Both the position numbers and the translations under genes were made by a program. A stretch of 64,000 nucleotides of DNA from Blastocystis sp. Blastoise (taxonomy: Eukaryota; Protista; Bigyra: Opalinata): assembly GCA_039096225.1 (NCBI GenBank), contig JBBPEB010000028.1, positions 124,001-188,000 on the forward strand, given 5' to 3'. Below the pieces are notes generated by a model. That model searched no databases and was not told the origin of the DNA. It worked only from the letters and a program-made list of their open reading frames with translations. Of this stretch, positions 23,049-43,873 are shown one piece after another (within the stretch, counting starts at the first letter, position 1; each line of letters starts with the position of its first letter).

Positions 23049-23329
23049 CTTTTTATTATATTTTAATTTCATCTTTTTTTTGTGTAATACAATGAGATTA
23101 TTCATTATTTATTTGACTTGAGATATGATTATGTACGCCTTGTGCTACTGATTCTGAAAAGAAACTATTTATAGAAAATACTTTGGAAATTTCTGAACAT
23201 GATTCCAGAACAAGCAAGAAAAAAACAGATAATCAAAATAAAGCAATAAGAAATAAATAAAAAAATATGTAATTAGCCATTATATATATATATATTTATA
23301 GTAAAAATAAAAGAGAAGTTAAATAAAAA

Positions 23330-25532
<2,203 letters not shown>

Positions 25533-25630
25533 TATTTTCTATTTCTCTGTCTATAATAAACTATTTGTTATACAAAAATAAATATACAATGAATAATGAA
25601 AGTATTCAAGGGGTTTATTTTTAAAAAATA

Positions 25631-25811
25631 CAATGTCTTCCCTGACTTTTGTGACAATTGCCATGACAATAGCTGACTGTCACTTTCAGCCAGACTTAAA
25701 TTGACTTAGTCATAAAAATATAAAATTACACTGTCAAAAATAAATATTTTGTCACAAATTTTGGTGACAATTGCCACGTGGCAATTTCGTCCAGTGACAG
25801 GGAAGACACTG
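25631..25811. mobile_element. hAT-like MITE, 181 bp
   Basis: Terminal inverted repeats CAATGTCTTCCCTGAC / GACAGGGAAGACACTG match at 14 of 16 positions. A perfect 8-bp target-site duplication AAAAAATA lies at 25623-25630 and 25812-25819. GTGACAATTGCCA occurs twice internally. Confidence 0.85.
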
Positions 25812-26504
25812 AAAAAATACACTAATTTTTTGTAAAAATTATTCTCATGCGTTAATTATTATAGAAATATTTTTTATTTATTTTTAGCAATCGTTTTAAG
25901 GAGATTCATTCATTTATGGATGGTTTCTAGTGATATCTAATCTTGTTTTGAAGAATGTCCAATTTGTGTTGTTATTTTTTGCACTTAATTTCTATGCTAA
26001 AATATGTGTCAAATACAAATAAGTATAAAAATGAACATATCTGTTGATATGAAAAACAATACTCTAATTAAATGTCTTCATCGTATTTAGAATGATCTAT
26101 TAAATTGTTGCATGACATGGTTAGCATGTTGAAGTTTTGATTGAAATGAGATTTACATGAATTATATATGATAAAAAGCATTTCAGTTTATTTGAATTAT
26201 TATAACACTTGAATATTTATTGCATATTGTCATTTAGAAGGATATAACTGTTTTAATAGCAGCAGAATAAAGAAACAAAATGATTCTATATGGCTGTATT
26301 TAATAGAAATAGAAAAACTCGAGAGAAAGAAAACAGAGACAGATTATCCCTGGTTTTTTTCTATTCTATAAATGAATTTTCAAGAATAATAAAGAAACTT
26401 CTTCATATAAACTTTATCTGAATAAAGCTCTTTTATAACACTATTAGTAAATAGAACTATAGTATATTATTTGCATATGAGTCTATTATTAATTATGTCT
26501 AGAT

Positions 26505-28318
26505 ATGAACAGAAGTCGTGAACAATTAATCAAGGATTGTGAAGAACTCCAAAGGAAACGTGAAGAAAAAAGTCAGCAATTCCAAGAGAAAAGAGAAGAA
26601 GCTCTTGGTGTTGAAAAAGATGTTGATTTAACACAATATCAAATATCTGTTTTGAATGTACGATGCTTTTTCTATAGAACTATAATAATTATATTCTTCA
26701 TTTTGTGATTTAAAAGAATTAAAACTGATTTGTTTTTTTTTAAATATTTTTTTGTTATTTACATTCATTTTAAATCTGTTTTATTTTTTATTTATTGATT
26801 TCAATAATATATAGACTGTTGGTGAAGATTGTGGAGAAGTTATTTCTGTATTAAACGACGAAGAAGTTTTAATTTCAACTTTTTCTGGATCTAGATTAGT
26901 TATTAATTGCAAAAAAGAAGTATATATATATATATATATTTATTCTATAATTGTAATATATATAATGCTATATATTGAAATAAGAACATAAGAGAATGAT
27001 TATTATCAAGTATATACTATTAAACACTGAATTTTTATAGATTGATATTCATTCTCTTCGTTTGGGACAGCGTATTACTATAGATAAGTCTACACACACG
27101 TTATTACGTGCTTTGCCTCGTCAAGTCAATCCAGGCGTATCCTCTATGATTGAATCGTCGTCAGAACCTATTCTATGGTCACAAATTGGTGGACTAAATG
27201 ACCAAATCAGAGAAGTCAGAGAAGTATATATATACATTTATTATTATTTTTATTATTAAGAATTTCAGCTATTGTTTTTTATTATTTGCTTTATTTTATT
27301 ATTAATATTAATACTATATATATGTATTTTTATTGTTAATAATAAAAATATTATATTTTTTATTATTATTAATATTAATACTATATATGTATATTTATTG
27401 AGTTAATAATAGAAATATTATATGTTTATTATTATTAGTATCAATACTATATATATGATTATCTCTCCTTCTAGGTGATTGAATTACCGTTAACAAAGCC
27501 TGAGTTCTTCCAGCGTGTCGGTATCAAAGCCCCTCGTGGCGTTCTTCTCTATGGTCCTCCAGGAACAGGAAAAACCCTACTTGCAAAGGCTTTAGCTACA
27601 AACATGAATGCAACTTTCCTTAAGGCTGTTGCTACTAGTATTGTAGAAAAATACATTGGTGAATCTTCGAAACTTATTCGAGAAATGTTTACATATGCTC
27701 GTGAACATGCCCCTTGTGTTATTTTCTTGGATGAAATCGATGCTATTGGTGCTAAGAGAATTAATAATGTATATATTATTATTATATATGTGAATTGATT
27801 ATTATGATTAGTATATTAATTAATATAGTAAATATAATTAATATAATTAACATAAGAAATATAATTAATATAATTAATATAATTAATATAATTAATATAA
27901 TTAATATTAATAATATAATTAATATGAATAAAACTATATATAGGGTACAGCCACAGATCGTGAGATGCAGAGAACGTTAATGGAGTTATTGAACCAGATG
28001 GATGGCTTTAACGAATTAGACCGAGTGAAGATTGTTATGGCTACCAACAGACCGGATATACTCGATCCTGCTCTTCTTAGACCTGGTACATATATATATA
28101 GTACTATTGATATTATTATATTCTCATATATTTTTATTCTCTCAAGATCATAATGATTTTATTAACTATTATATGAACTATATATAAATAGTAATATTTA
28201 TTATTCATATTCTTTAGGGCGTCTAGATCGTAAAGTTGAAATTCCTCTGCCAAATACCAGTGGACGAAAAGATATTCTTAAAATTCATAGCACAAAAATG
28301 ACCATTAAGGGAGAAATC

Positions 28319-28372
<54 letters not shown>

Positions 28373-28712
28373 TATATATATATAATTATTTAATTATATA
28401 ATTATAGATTGGGATATTATTTCAAAATTAGCCGAAGGCTTCAATGGTGCTGATTTAAGAAATGTCTGTACTGAAGCAGGTATATATATATATATTATAT
28501 TATTACTATTATTATATATTATTTATATTAATAATAATAATAAAAGAATATATAAATTAATTTAAATAATATTCTTATTAATATAAATATTAGGTATGTT
28601 TGCTGTAAGAGAAGAACGTGAATATGTGACTGAAGATGATTTTGTTGCTGCTACTCGTAAATTAAGTGAAATGAAAAAATTAGAATCTACACTTGAATAT
28701 AAAAAAGTATAA
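26505..28712 (+). CDS. RPT4: 26S proteasome AAA-ATPase Rpt4/PSMC6 with a divergent N-terminus
   Basis: [60 protein letters not shown]-terminus [12 protein letters not shown]. Confidence 0.9.
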
Positions 28713-29556
28713 ATTATATGCTATTAATACTATCTCTTCTCATATATGAATATTTCTTCATTTCAAACATCATTTTTTAACATTTACTTTTTTATATTCA
28801 TTATAACACGTCTACTAAACATAAATTTAAACTTGTTTTGTTATAACTTTTTTCAAAAAAAAGTCATATTCCTATATAATCTCATTTTAGAATAAAATAA
28901 ATAAAAAAAAAACAAATATTTTCAATAATTCACTTGCAATTTGAGATTCACTCTTCAACCAGCATATTCTCTACCTAAATATGTGTATATGCAATTTAGC
29001 AACTCGATGGATATCATAAATAACAGGAAATTCCAGAAATAGCTCCAGAATTCAATAAATTCCGAAATGATTATCATAATATTTGATCAACACCAAACGA
29101 AAATCTAGTTTTATAATTATGATTATAAAATGAATAACTTGCTTTATCATCTATTTTGATTAAATAAGAAAAACTCTTTTTTTAAATAAATAATTAAATT
29201 TAAAAAATAAACGTGTGAATTACTGGATTTTGATTCCCGGGGTTTTATTTAAGAAGAAAAAAAGTAGTCATTATTTGTGTTCTCGAGGAATGTTTGGAGA
29301 GAAAAGTGATTTAAAGTAGGGTTCGCCATACTCCCTAAGGTAATTAACCTACCTCAGAAGACTTCTAGTGAATATTTTTTGTTCCACAGAAACATCTAGA
29401 AAATGGGGTCTTTTGGATAATGTGTATCCGTAGAAAGTTTTTTACCTGAACATCGATTTAAAGTTTTTGATTTGAAAATCGAGAAAAAGAATTGTTTGAA
29501 GAAATATCTGTCAATCTATTGTTTAAAAGAATATATATATAGATATTTATTAGAAT

Positions 29557-31378
<1,822 letters not shown>

Positions 31379-32455
31379 TATTAGAAAACCACAATGTTTA
31401 TTATACTACTCATATTATAGATAAGATTGTTATATATATATATTTCTTATCTCAATAATTTCATGATTTTTTTAATTTGATAAATTTTACTTATGCTTCT
31501 TACTTATTGTATATTATCAACTGTTAGCGGTTCTTTACTAGCCTAACTTTTTGTTTTGTTTTATTCTTTTTACACGTTATTATATATTATATATATATAC
31601 ATCATTATCCATAGATTGTTGTGTTTTATTCGCTTTATAATGTATAGTATTGACATTTATAATCACTATAAAGCCAATGACATATCCTTGAAAAGCTTCC
31701 TTATGCTTCTATGATAATAAAGAGTCTATTTTAGTTGACTAAGCAAAAAGATTGATATAAATGTTTTTTATTGAATATTCTGTGATAACTTGCTTTTCTG
31801 TGTTTATGTTAAGCTATAAAGCGCAGACATAATAAAATGATTTTTTATATACTTTACAAGCATATAGAAATATAATTAATTTCAAAAATCATTCACTTTC
31901 AACAAGGGACAACAAAATTGCATATTAATTGAAATAATGTTTCAAATAGTTGAGAAATAGTTTTATTTGAACAAATAAGAGCTCTTGCTATATCTTAAAA
32001 TCTATAAATTATTATTTTTGTATTTGTTTAACACTATTGTGAAAAAATACTAATGACTTCAAATAAATTACAATCCTTCTTCATCTCATTGATCTTCATT
32101 ATACTCAAGCAAATACATATATTGATCTTTTTCAAATACTCTTCTCTAATACTGACATGAAATTTTTTTTGTTTGTTTTGAAATATTATACTCAAGAATA
32201 CAGCATCTAACATATTTCTGAATATCAAGAATTCATTGACGATAGTATAACTTGTTTAGACAATACGAAATAACTAAAAAAATAAAATTTGGATAAGAAT
32301 TGAGTTTATTCATATGATTTCAGTTTTTGTCTGAGAATCATTTCAGTTTCTCTCTAAATATTTTTCAGTATTAAACTGAATTATAACAAAATTTTTCCAC
32401 ATTTTCCCAAGATAAAGCAAATAATTTCATTTTTTCTTGTTTTCATTGTATTAGG

Positions 32456-33770
32456 ATGTTAGCTGTTGTTCGTCAGACGTCTTCTGTGATTAAATCGAGC
32501 TATAGAATTGGTTACCGTGGAATGTCTACTTTTCAAACATATCTTGAAAAAAAATCTGGAGGTAACAAAGCAGTCTTGTATTGTCCGACACATTTACCAG
32601 AAATAACAAATCGAAAAATTGTTGATGAATTACCTATTCAAGACTATTATAATGGATCTCTTAGTGAAATCAAATTATATAGACCATCTACATACAAAGA
32701 TACTGCTGCTTGGATGACTGCTCGAAAAACTTTATCTACATTGACTGTTAATGAAATCAAACAAATTGCAAGTGATTTGTTTGTTCCTATATTATCTGCC
32801 TTTGTAAAACAGAAATTCAACGATATTCGACCTATTTCATCCGCTAAAGTTGTAGGAGTATATATATATATATATTATTATATGTGAATTATAGTTATAA
32901 TGATAATTCTTTTATGATTATTATAATTAATTTATATATAATATGAATATAATAAATATTATGTTATAGGAATTAAAAGATAAATTAAGAAATAATCCAA
33001 ATGGTCAAATACAAATAAAAAAGAGTATTTATTATATAGGAAGAGAAATCAATTATTTATCTGCTGTTCCTGAGGTATATATTATTATTATTTTGATTAT
33101 TATTATTTTGGTAATTATTTAAAGAAGGTTTTTATTATTTTTTTAGATTATTTTGATTATTATTTTTTTAGATTATTTTGATTATTATTATTTTATTATT
33201 TAAAATTATTTAAGTTCTTTATTGTTATACTTCATTTACTTCTTCTTATAATCACTCTATGATTAGTTATTAAGATTAAGAGTATCTGTCTATAATAAAG
33301 ATATTAAATATCTTCAAGCTACAGTTGGATTACAATATATTCAATCTTTGGCAGCATATAATTTCAAAGGATTTCCTGTATCAGTTCCTAAAGAATTTAT
33401 TAATGTATTTATTTTACTATAAAAGTTAGAATCTCTTTAACCAATATTTTATAATTAAATAAATGAATATATTAAATATTAAGTATTCTTTTAAATATTA
33501 TAGTATGAGAATTTGCCTTGTGTTGGTGGAAAAGAGTTACCTCTTAGTGATTATAAAAGAGAATGGCTAGAATCAAAAGATTCAAACAACAATACTTATT
33601 ATTATAATCCTATTACTAAAGAGTCACGATGGAATAATCCAAATGATATATATAATTCTCTCCAAGATGATCAGTTGTTGCGTATGAAGTCTCATTGGAA
33701 GTATGTGTGCGTTATTGAGAAACCATTACTTCTTACAGTAGGAGAATGGAAAATTGTAAAGATTTATTAA
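32456..33770 (+). CDS. Mitochondrion-targeted Tim44-like (mL45/Mba1-like) protein with an inserted WW domain
   Basis: Presequence MLAVVRQTSSVIKSSYRIGYRGMST; YLQATVGLQYIQSLAAYNFKG ... KYVCVIEKPL...GEWKIVKI resembles the mL45 C-terminus; WW motif W-x9-TYYYNPITKESRWNNP. Confidence 0.6.
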
Positions 33771-34125
33771 TTTATTTTCTTTTTATATTTGATATTTTTT
33801 TGGAAAGTTCTATGTGTATGATTACTGAATTCATATAGCATTTGTTTTGTTTATTATCGTATTGTTATTGTGACTTGGTTACCATTGTTGCTATGTAAAC
33901 TTGTATTTTCATATAAATTTTCAAAAAATAAAAGTAATGAGACTAGAAATAAATGCGAAATATATAGTAATATGAATATTAATGAATGATTTATGATCAA
34001 AATTATAAAAATAGAGTTATTCAAGAATGATTTATACAAATTCAGTTATATTTCGATTTTCCCAAGAAAGAGATAGTTCATAAATTATTTTTATATTGTT
34101 TTTTATTATTTAATATATTATAGTA

Positions 34126-35149
34126 ATGGAAGGTTTAGCTGTTGTTCCTGGAGGTATGTGATATTTATATGATTATATATTATGATTAATTATAGATTTA
34201 TTGGGAAATGATTCTGATTATGCATCAGGAAATGGAACTTATGTATTCAATCAATGCATTTTTTCTTCTGTTATTGGTCATATACATTTAGTAGAAAGTT
34301 CTCATCCAAATGAGAAACCTATTATTAATATTGAATTAAAGAAAGAAATTAATGTCGTTCCCGATAAAGGAGATATTATATTAGGAAGAGTGATAGCTCT
34401 TAATCCTTTGTATTTTATTTTTCATTTTTATTTATTTATTGATTTGATTATTTATTTTAATTTTTATTGATTTGATTATTTATTTTAATTTTTATTGATT
34501 TGATTATTTATTTAATTATTTATTGATTTGATTATTTATTTAATTTTTATTTATTTGATTATTTGTTTATAGATAAATCTATATAATAATAATTATCATT
34601 ATAATTATATAACTATATAGTGTTGTATATGTGGATATATTATGTGTGAATGGTAAAGCTGTTCTTACGCCTTTTAAAGGTACTTTAAAAAAAGAGGATG
34701 TTCGTGAATTTGAAGTAGATAAAGTGGATTTATATGATTTCTTTCATTTAGGTGATATAGTATATATGTAATCTCTATATATTTATATTCTTTTTATTTT
34801 ATATTATAAATTATTAAAATATTTATTCTAAAGATTAAAGCTGAAATCTTATCACGTGGTGATAAACGTTCTTATTATTTATCAACAGCAAAGAATGAAT
34901 ATGGTATATTATTCTTATGAAAATAATAAAATATATATATATTATTATTAACCAAATTATTATTATTATTATTATTATTATATAGGTGTAGTATTAGCAT
35001 TAAGTGAAGTAGGTGCTGTTATGATTCCTATAAGTTGGAATCAAATGCAATGTCCAGAAACGAAAGTTATTGAAACAAGAAAAGTCGCTAAATTATTAAC
35101 AAACTCAGAAATTCAAGAATTCCATAAAACAATCAATTCATCTCAATAA
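34126..35149 (+). CDS. CSL4: Exosome cap subunit CSL4/EXOSC1
   Basis: VVPGDLLG...GNGTY; PDKGDIILGRV; FKGTLKKEDVR...FHLGDIIKAEILS; YYLSTAKNEYGVV; MQCPETKVIETRKVAK. Confidence 0.92.
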
Positions 35150-36263
35150 AATAATTATATTTTACTTTTTTCAAATTTATTTGTTGTCCTTTTTTTATAT
35201 GTTTATTATTTATATATTTACACGCTTTTTGTTACTCATAACTATATATATATTTGCTTTTTTATTACCATTTTTTGAATATATCTGATTATATATTCGT
35301 GATCAATACAAATGAATAACAAGCAATGATTGATAAACAGTATATATATAGAAAAAATCAAGAATCTTTACAAATATTTTTCATTTTAGAAGAAATATTT
35401 TTACCTTATATAAATAGATATTTTTTTCTATTTAATAATTCACCAAAAATGATAAGTACCAAATGATTACCTTTTTATATATTTTCACATGATTTCTTTG
35501 AAGATAATCACTATATTAATAATTCAAATAAATATAGAATGATCAGTATCAGATTATTAATTTTTGTTCAATAAAATAACATTAATTAGATATTTTTATA
35601 TATAATATTTGTTAGATTTGAAGTCTCTATTTCCAGTTATTATAGAAACATGTATATGAAAGGTTTCTTATTATTTATATTGATTTATACTATTTGGTTA
35701 TTATTGGAATAATCTGAGATAACTATAATGATTTAGGATCTAGGTATCTACAGGATGAAAATGATAAAAAAAATATCAATGAGACAGACAAGACATTTGA
35801 GATAAGCTTTGAGAGCTACAATTAACGAATTAGCAGACAGAAAAATATAATTATAAAAATAAACTTTCAGTGATTTTCTATACAGCTTTAATAATCCATA
35901 TAGACCTTATCAAATGATACTTAATGATTCTAAAGAAGATTCAACAGTAAAATTATCATTATTTTCAGATTTTTCATGAATAAAATACTCCCAAATTATT
36001 ATTCCAAGCTCGAGAATGCATTTATTTCACATATAAGAAGTATTTATGATGTATCTTGCATCACAACACATTGAAAATCGAAAAATATGTTTTCCTCATC
36101 GATTGCATTAACTCTCGAACAAACACGGGAATCATTAGTCTTAAGCAGTTAATTACCGAATAATCACGGATAATTTCAAATCATAAAAGTTTTTAATGCA
36201 TATATTTTTTCATTTTTATTTACCTATAGAGGTTCTATAGAGTCTATATTATTTGAAATTATT

Positions 36264-39195
<2,932 letters not shown>

Positions 39196-40106
39196 GTCTA
39201 AATATATATATACTTTCATTTTGTATTATTATTGTTCTTTTATGTCATAAAATTGTAAATTCTTTACATATAACAAGAGTTGTATATGTATAACGTTTTA
39301 TTTTGTTTTTTACTAATATTTATTATAGTTGCTTAATACAGAATAACCTATTGTTGTTAAAGAGTTTAATGAATTAAAAGGAATATACTACTTTATTATA
39401 GAGTTATAATTTCTTATGTTTGAATAGGATTTACATTTTTTTAATTTTGATTTTTATACTTTTCTATTTGACTATAACTGCTTGTATATCTTTCATCATT
39501 TACTTTCTATTTAATAATTTTTTCTGTGTCTTATTTGTAGTTTTAAAAGCATTTGTTCTAATTTGATTATTCCATCAATATTTTTACTTTGATGGATAGT
39601 AAAATAAGTTCTTATACGATTTGTTATTATATATTTAATTGTGTCATATTTTGTGTGTTTACTGTTCTATCAAATCCTTAAAACAAACTATTTCTAGTTA
39701 TGATTATGAAAAAAGTGAATAACTATGATTATTTTATGTTTGTGAACTCAATTTTTATTTTTTCAACTTGTTCTTAGATATTCAAGATTTACAAATAGAA
39801 AAGTAATTTTTTTTAAATTCTTGAATTCCTTTTAGTATCTTAAATAATGGAAAAATGTGAAATTTGACTTTTGAAAACCATCAGTTTCACGTTTATTTTG
39901 TCAACACCGAAATAAAATGACTATTTTTAATTCTTTTTGATTATTATCTGTATTTTGCTTTACTTTCTTGGAAAAACAAAATTGGTATTAAATTGAGGAT
40001 GTATATAATCTATAGTTAGATAGAAATCGTTTGATATTAATTCATTATAATTTCTTTTGAAATGTTTATTATTATTTAAAATATATATATTATTCACTAG
40101 AAATTT

Positions 40107-41440
40107 ATGGCAAAAAGAATAGGAAAATACGAGCTTTATGAAAATTTGGGGGAAGGTGCATTAGGAAAGTATTTTTTAATATGAAGAAAACCAATTCATA
40201 TCTTTAGGGTGAAGCTTGCAAAGAATGTAGAAACAGGTGAGAAAGTTGCAATTAAGATTTTGAATAAAGAAAAAATAAAAAAACAAAATCTTGGTGAACA
40301 AACTCGTAAAGAAATAGCTATTATGAAAAGCATTCATCATCCAAATGTTGTTAATTTAATTGAAACGTTAGCAAGTAATTCAAAGGTATATTTTTAATTT
40401 AGTTATATAATGTATAAATTTAATTGAACTTTTATATATATATAGATTTTTATTGTTTTGGAATATATACCGAATGGAGAATTATTTGAATATATAAGTT
40501 CAAATGGAAAGTAAATTAATTTTATTTATAATAATTATTATTACTAATTATATTTGATGTATTTATGTTTATGACAATTCTTATTAATAAATATATTTAT
40601 ATATATATTACCAATATAGATTAGAGGAGACCCGTGCTCGTGTATTATTTCATCAGTTAGTGGATGGTGTTGATTATATACATAGTTTAGGAATATGTCA
40701 TAGAGATCTAAAAGTATATTTACTGTTATTTATAGGTTAGACATATATAATAGAATCTTTACTTATAATGATTATATATGTATAGCCTGAGAATTTATTA
40801 TTTGATAAAGATAATAATTTACGTATTAGTGATTTTGGACTTAGTGCAGTGACAAAAGAAGCTGAAGGAGAAAGTATATATATATATAGTTGTTATATAG
40901 TATGTGTTTGAGTTTGTTATTATTAAGATTAAATAATTATAATAATAAAAATAGTTATTTTTCTATAATTGTTATTATGTTTCTATTATAAACTACTTAT
41001 ATATTACTGTATAGTTCTTCTACATACCACGTGCGGATCCCCCAATTACGTTGCACCTGAAGTATTAACGGAAGGGGGATATATCGGTGTGAAGGCAGAT
41101 ATTTGGAGTATGGGAGTTATTCTGTATATATATATATATATTATTATCTTTTTATTCAATTCTATATATATATATATTAGATATGTTATGTTAGTGGGTG
41201 TATTGCCTTTTGATGAACCTGCTCTTTCAACATTATTCAGAAAAATTCAACATGCTGAATATACTATACCAAAGTATATAGTTATTCTTATTAACCTATT
41301 TTTTTTCTTCATTTTCTTTTTATTCTTTAGATTTTTATTTATTATATATATATATATATAGTTTTGTAAGTGCTGGAGCACGTGATTTAATTCATAATAT
41401 ATTGGATCCTAATCCTAAAACAAGGTACTCTATTTGGAAC

Positions 41441-41495
<55 letters not shown>

Positions 41496-42786
41496 ACCTA
41501 ATGAATACTATTTATTATGTATATATATATATTAATAATAATACTATATTATAGATTCGAAATCATCCTTGGTACCAAGGATTAGAGTTTAAACCGAATG
41601 GCGGGACTGTTATGCGTACTCCCGCGCCATCGGAGGGATCCCTTCCTATAGACCCCCGTACTCCTATTACTCCTACTCCTATTAATACTCCTATTACTAA
41701 TACTACTGCTACTACTACTACTACTACTACTACTACTATTGTTACTCCAATCAAAAATAGTGCTCCTCTACGAGAATCGACGAACTCGACTATACTCACA
41801 GAAGAGACTTCGGAAGTCAATACTCAAGAGAATCACGGGAATGATGAGAAACCTGCAGAAACACGAGGAAGACTCACGAAAGGACTAGGAACTAGTAATA
41901 AGAATATTATGGGAAATATGCATGTATATATATAGGATTCTAGTAATCATTATTATTATATAATTATGACTTTTTGTATATTATTTTTTTTTTAATATTA
42001 TTATGATTTTTATTCTGACTATTATTATTATTATTTTTATATGAATATTATTGGTTTATATTATTCTAATTATTCTTTATATTATAATGGTCATTGTCTA
42101 TAATAATTATATATAATTATTAAAAATCGTGTTTATCATATAATATCTATTATTATTAACTCTATATATAGACTATAACAGTATTTGAATTGATTAATAT
42201 AATGCATAAATTGACATTAGAGCGATTGGCCGACATAGCTTCAACTTCGAAATCCCTTCCTATCGCTTATATATGCTTATGTCATTGTTCCCTAGATCAA
42301 ATAGATATTATTATGAATGATATTATGGACTACTGTCAACATAATAAACTTACCGCTGAAAGAGAAATCAAAGGAACTGAACCTTATGTTATAAATATAT
42401 ATCCTCCGTCACATTCATTTTCATTTCAAGTACAAATATTACAATTAGGGACAAATATATATATATTAGATGTACGACAAATTGATGTATATATATATAT
42501 ATAAATTGATTATCATTTAGTTTATTTATATATATTCTTCGTTAAGTATATATTCTATATATTCTACTATATAGGGTGTATTAGATTCCTATATAGCTGT
42601 CGCAAATAATTTACATATGCACTTATTTGAATCTTTTCCTTTTTTGAAATGTATATATAGTTATATATATATATATTTATAGTTCACTATTATAAATTTA
42701 CTAGATTCTTTATATACCTATATCTCTAATTATATAATTATCTTTCTATATCTTCTATAGTATTAGATAATAAAGAACGTTTATAA
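40107..42786 (+). CDS. SNF1-related/CIPK-like Ser/Thr kinase
   Basis: [61 protein letters not shown]; NAF-like [14 protein letters not shown]. Confidence 0.88.
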
Positions 42787-43873
42787 AAGAGATAAATACC
42801 AATATAAAGATGAAAATAATTTATATAAATATTTTTTTTATTGTTTTGTTTGGAAAATGATATCTCATTATAATTATTTCTATAACTATTTATCCATTTA
42901 TTGATTTATTTATATAATCTTAAATGTAGTAGATGAAACATAATTACAATTCATTGTATATTTATACATCTTAATATATATTTTGTAGAAAGTATTAGCT
43001 ATCATATCAAAGCATTTTATATATTTATAAATATATACTTTGAATTGTCAAAAAAAAGTGGCAAAGAATAATATATATTTGTAAGTAAATATTACAAAGA
43101 AGATATATATGTAATTGTTGATTGATTAGTTATGACATAACATAAAAAGAAGATATGTATGTATAAAAAATGAAGAGATGGCAGGTAGGTAATGGACAAT
43201 GACAACGAGAAAAACAATAAAGAAATAGCAATTATTTATATATTTAAAACGTCATAAAAAAGAAAAACAACTGTTATATAATTACCAAATATTATTTTTA
43301 TTATTGAGGAAATTTTTATAATACAACATCTAATACTTTCTATATAAAAGATAAATCTTTTTCATTCTTATTTATTCTATTATTTTGCACTATATCTTTT
43401 GAATTCTATCATAAATATTCATTATCATTTTATCTATATTGATTTCACATATTATATTATTATCATGAATCATCTTTTAAGAATGGATGCTTGTAATAGT
43501 TGAAGATATTGGTTTGTTTCTGTTTGGTATATATATAGTAATTGTTTGAAGTTTAAGGTTGCTTTATTTAATTTTATTCTTTTCTCTAGATAACGCTGTT
43601 TTTTGTTATAGTTGAAATTCTTTGTCTTCTATAGCATTGAATCATTATATGTTCTAATATTTATATTCTATTTCTTTTTTTATAGATTGCAAAGATTCGT
43701 TTGATTCAGAAAGAATTTAGATTTAAATAGTATATATATATATATGAATAAATAATAAAAACAAGGTCAATATAAAGAATGACAAACTTTTAAAATAAAA
43801 AAATTTAAAATGGAAAAAAGGAGTTGTTGAGATTTAACATAATATATATAGTTACATAAATAATGTATATAGA

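Noticed and set aside
32034-32228. Short intergenic ORFs (also 4261-4521, 33854-34039, and a coding-like patch near 35750-35850)
   Set aside because: No motifs or splice-linked extension; compatible with chance or decayed sequence.
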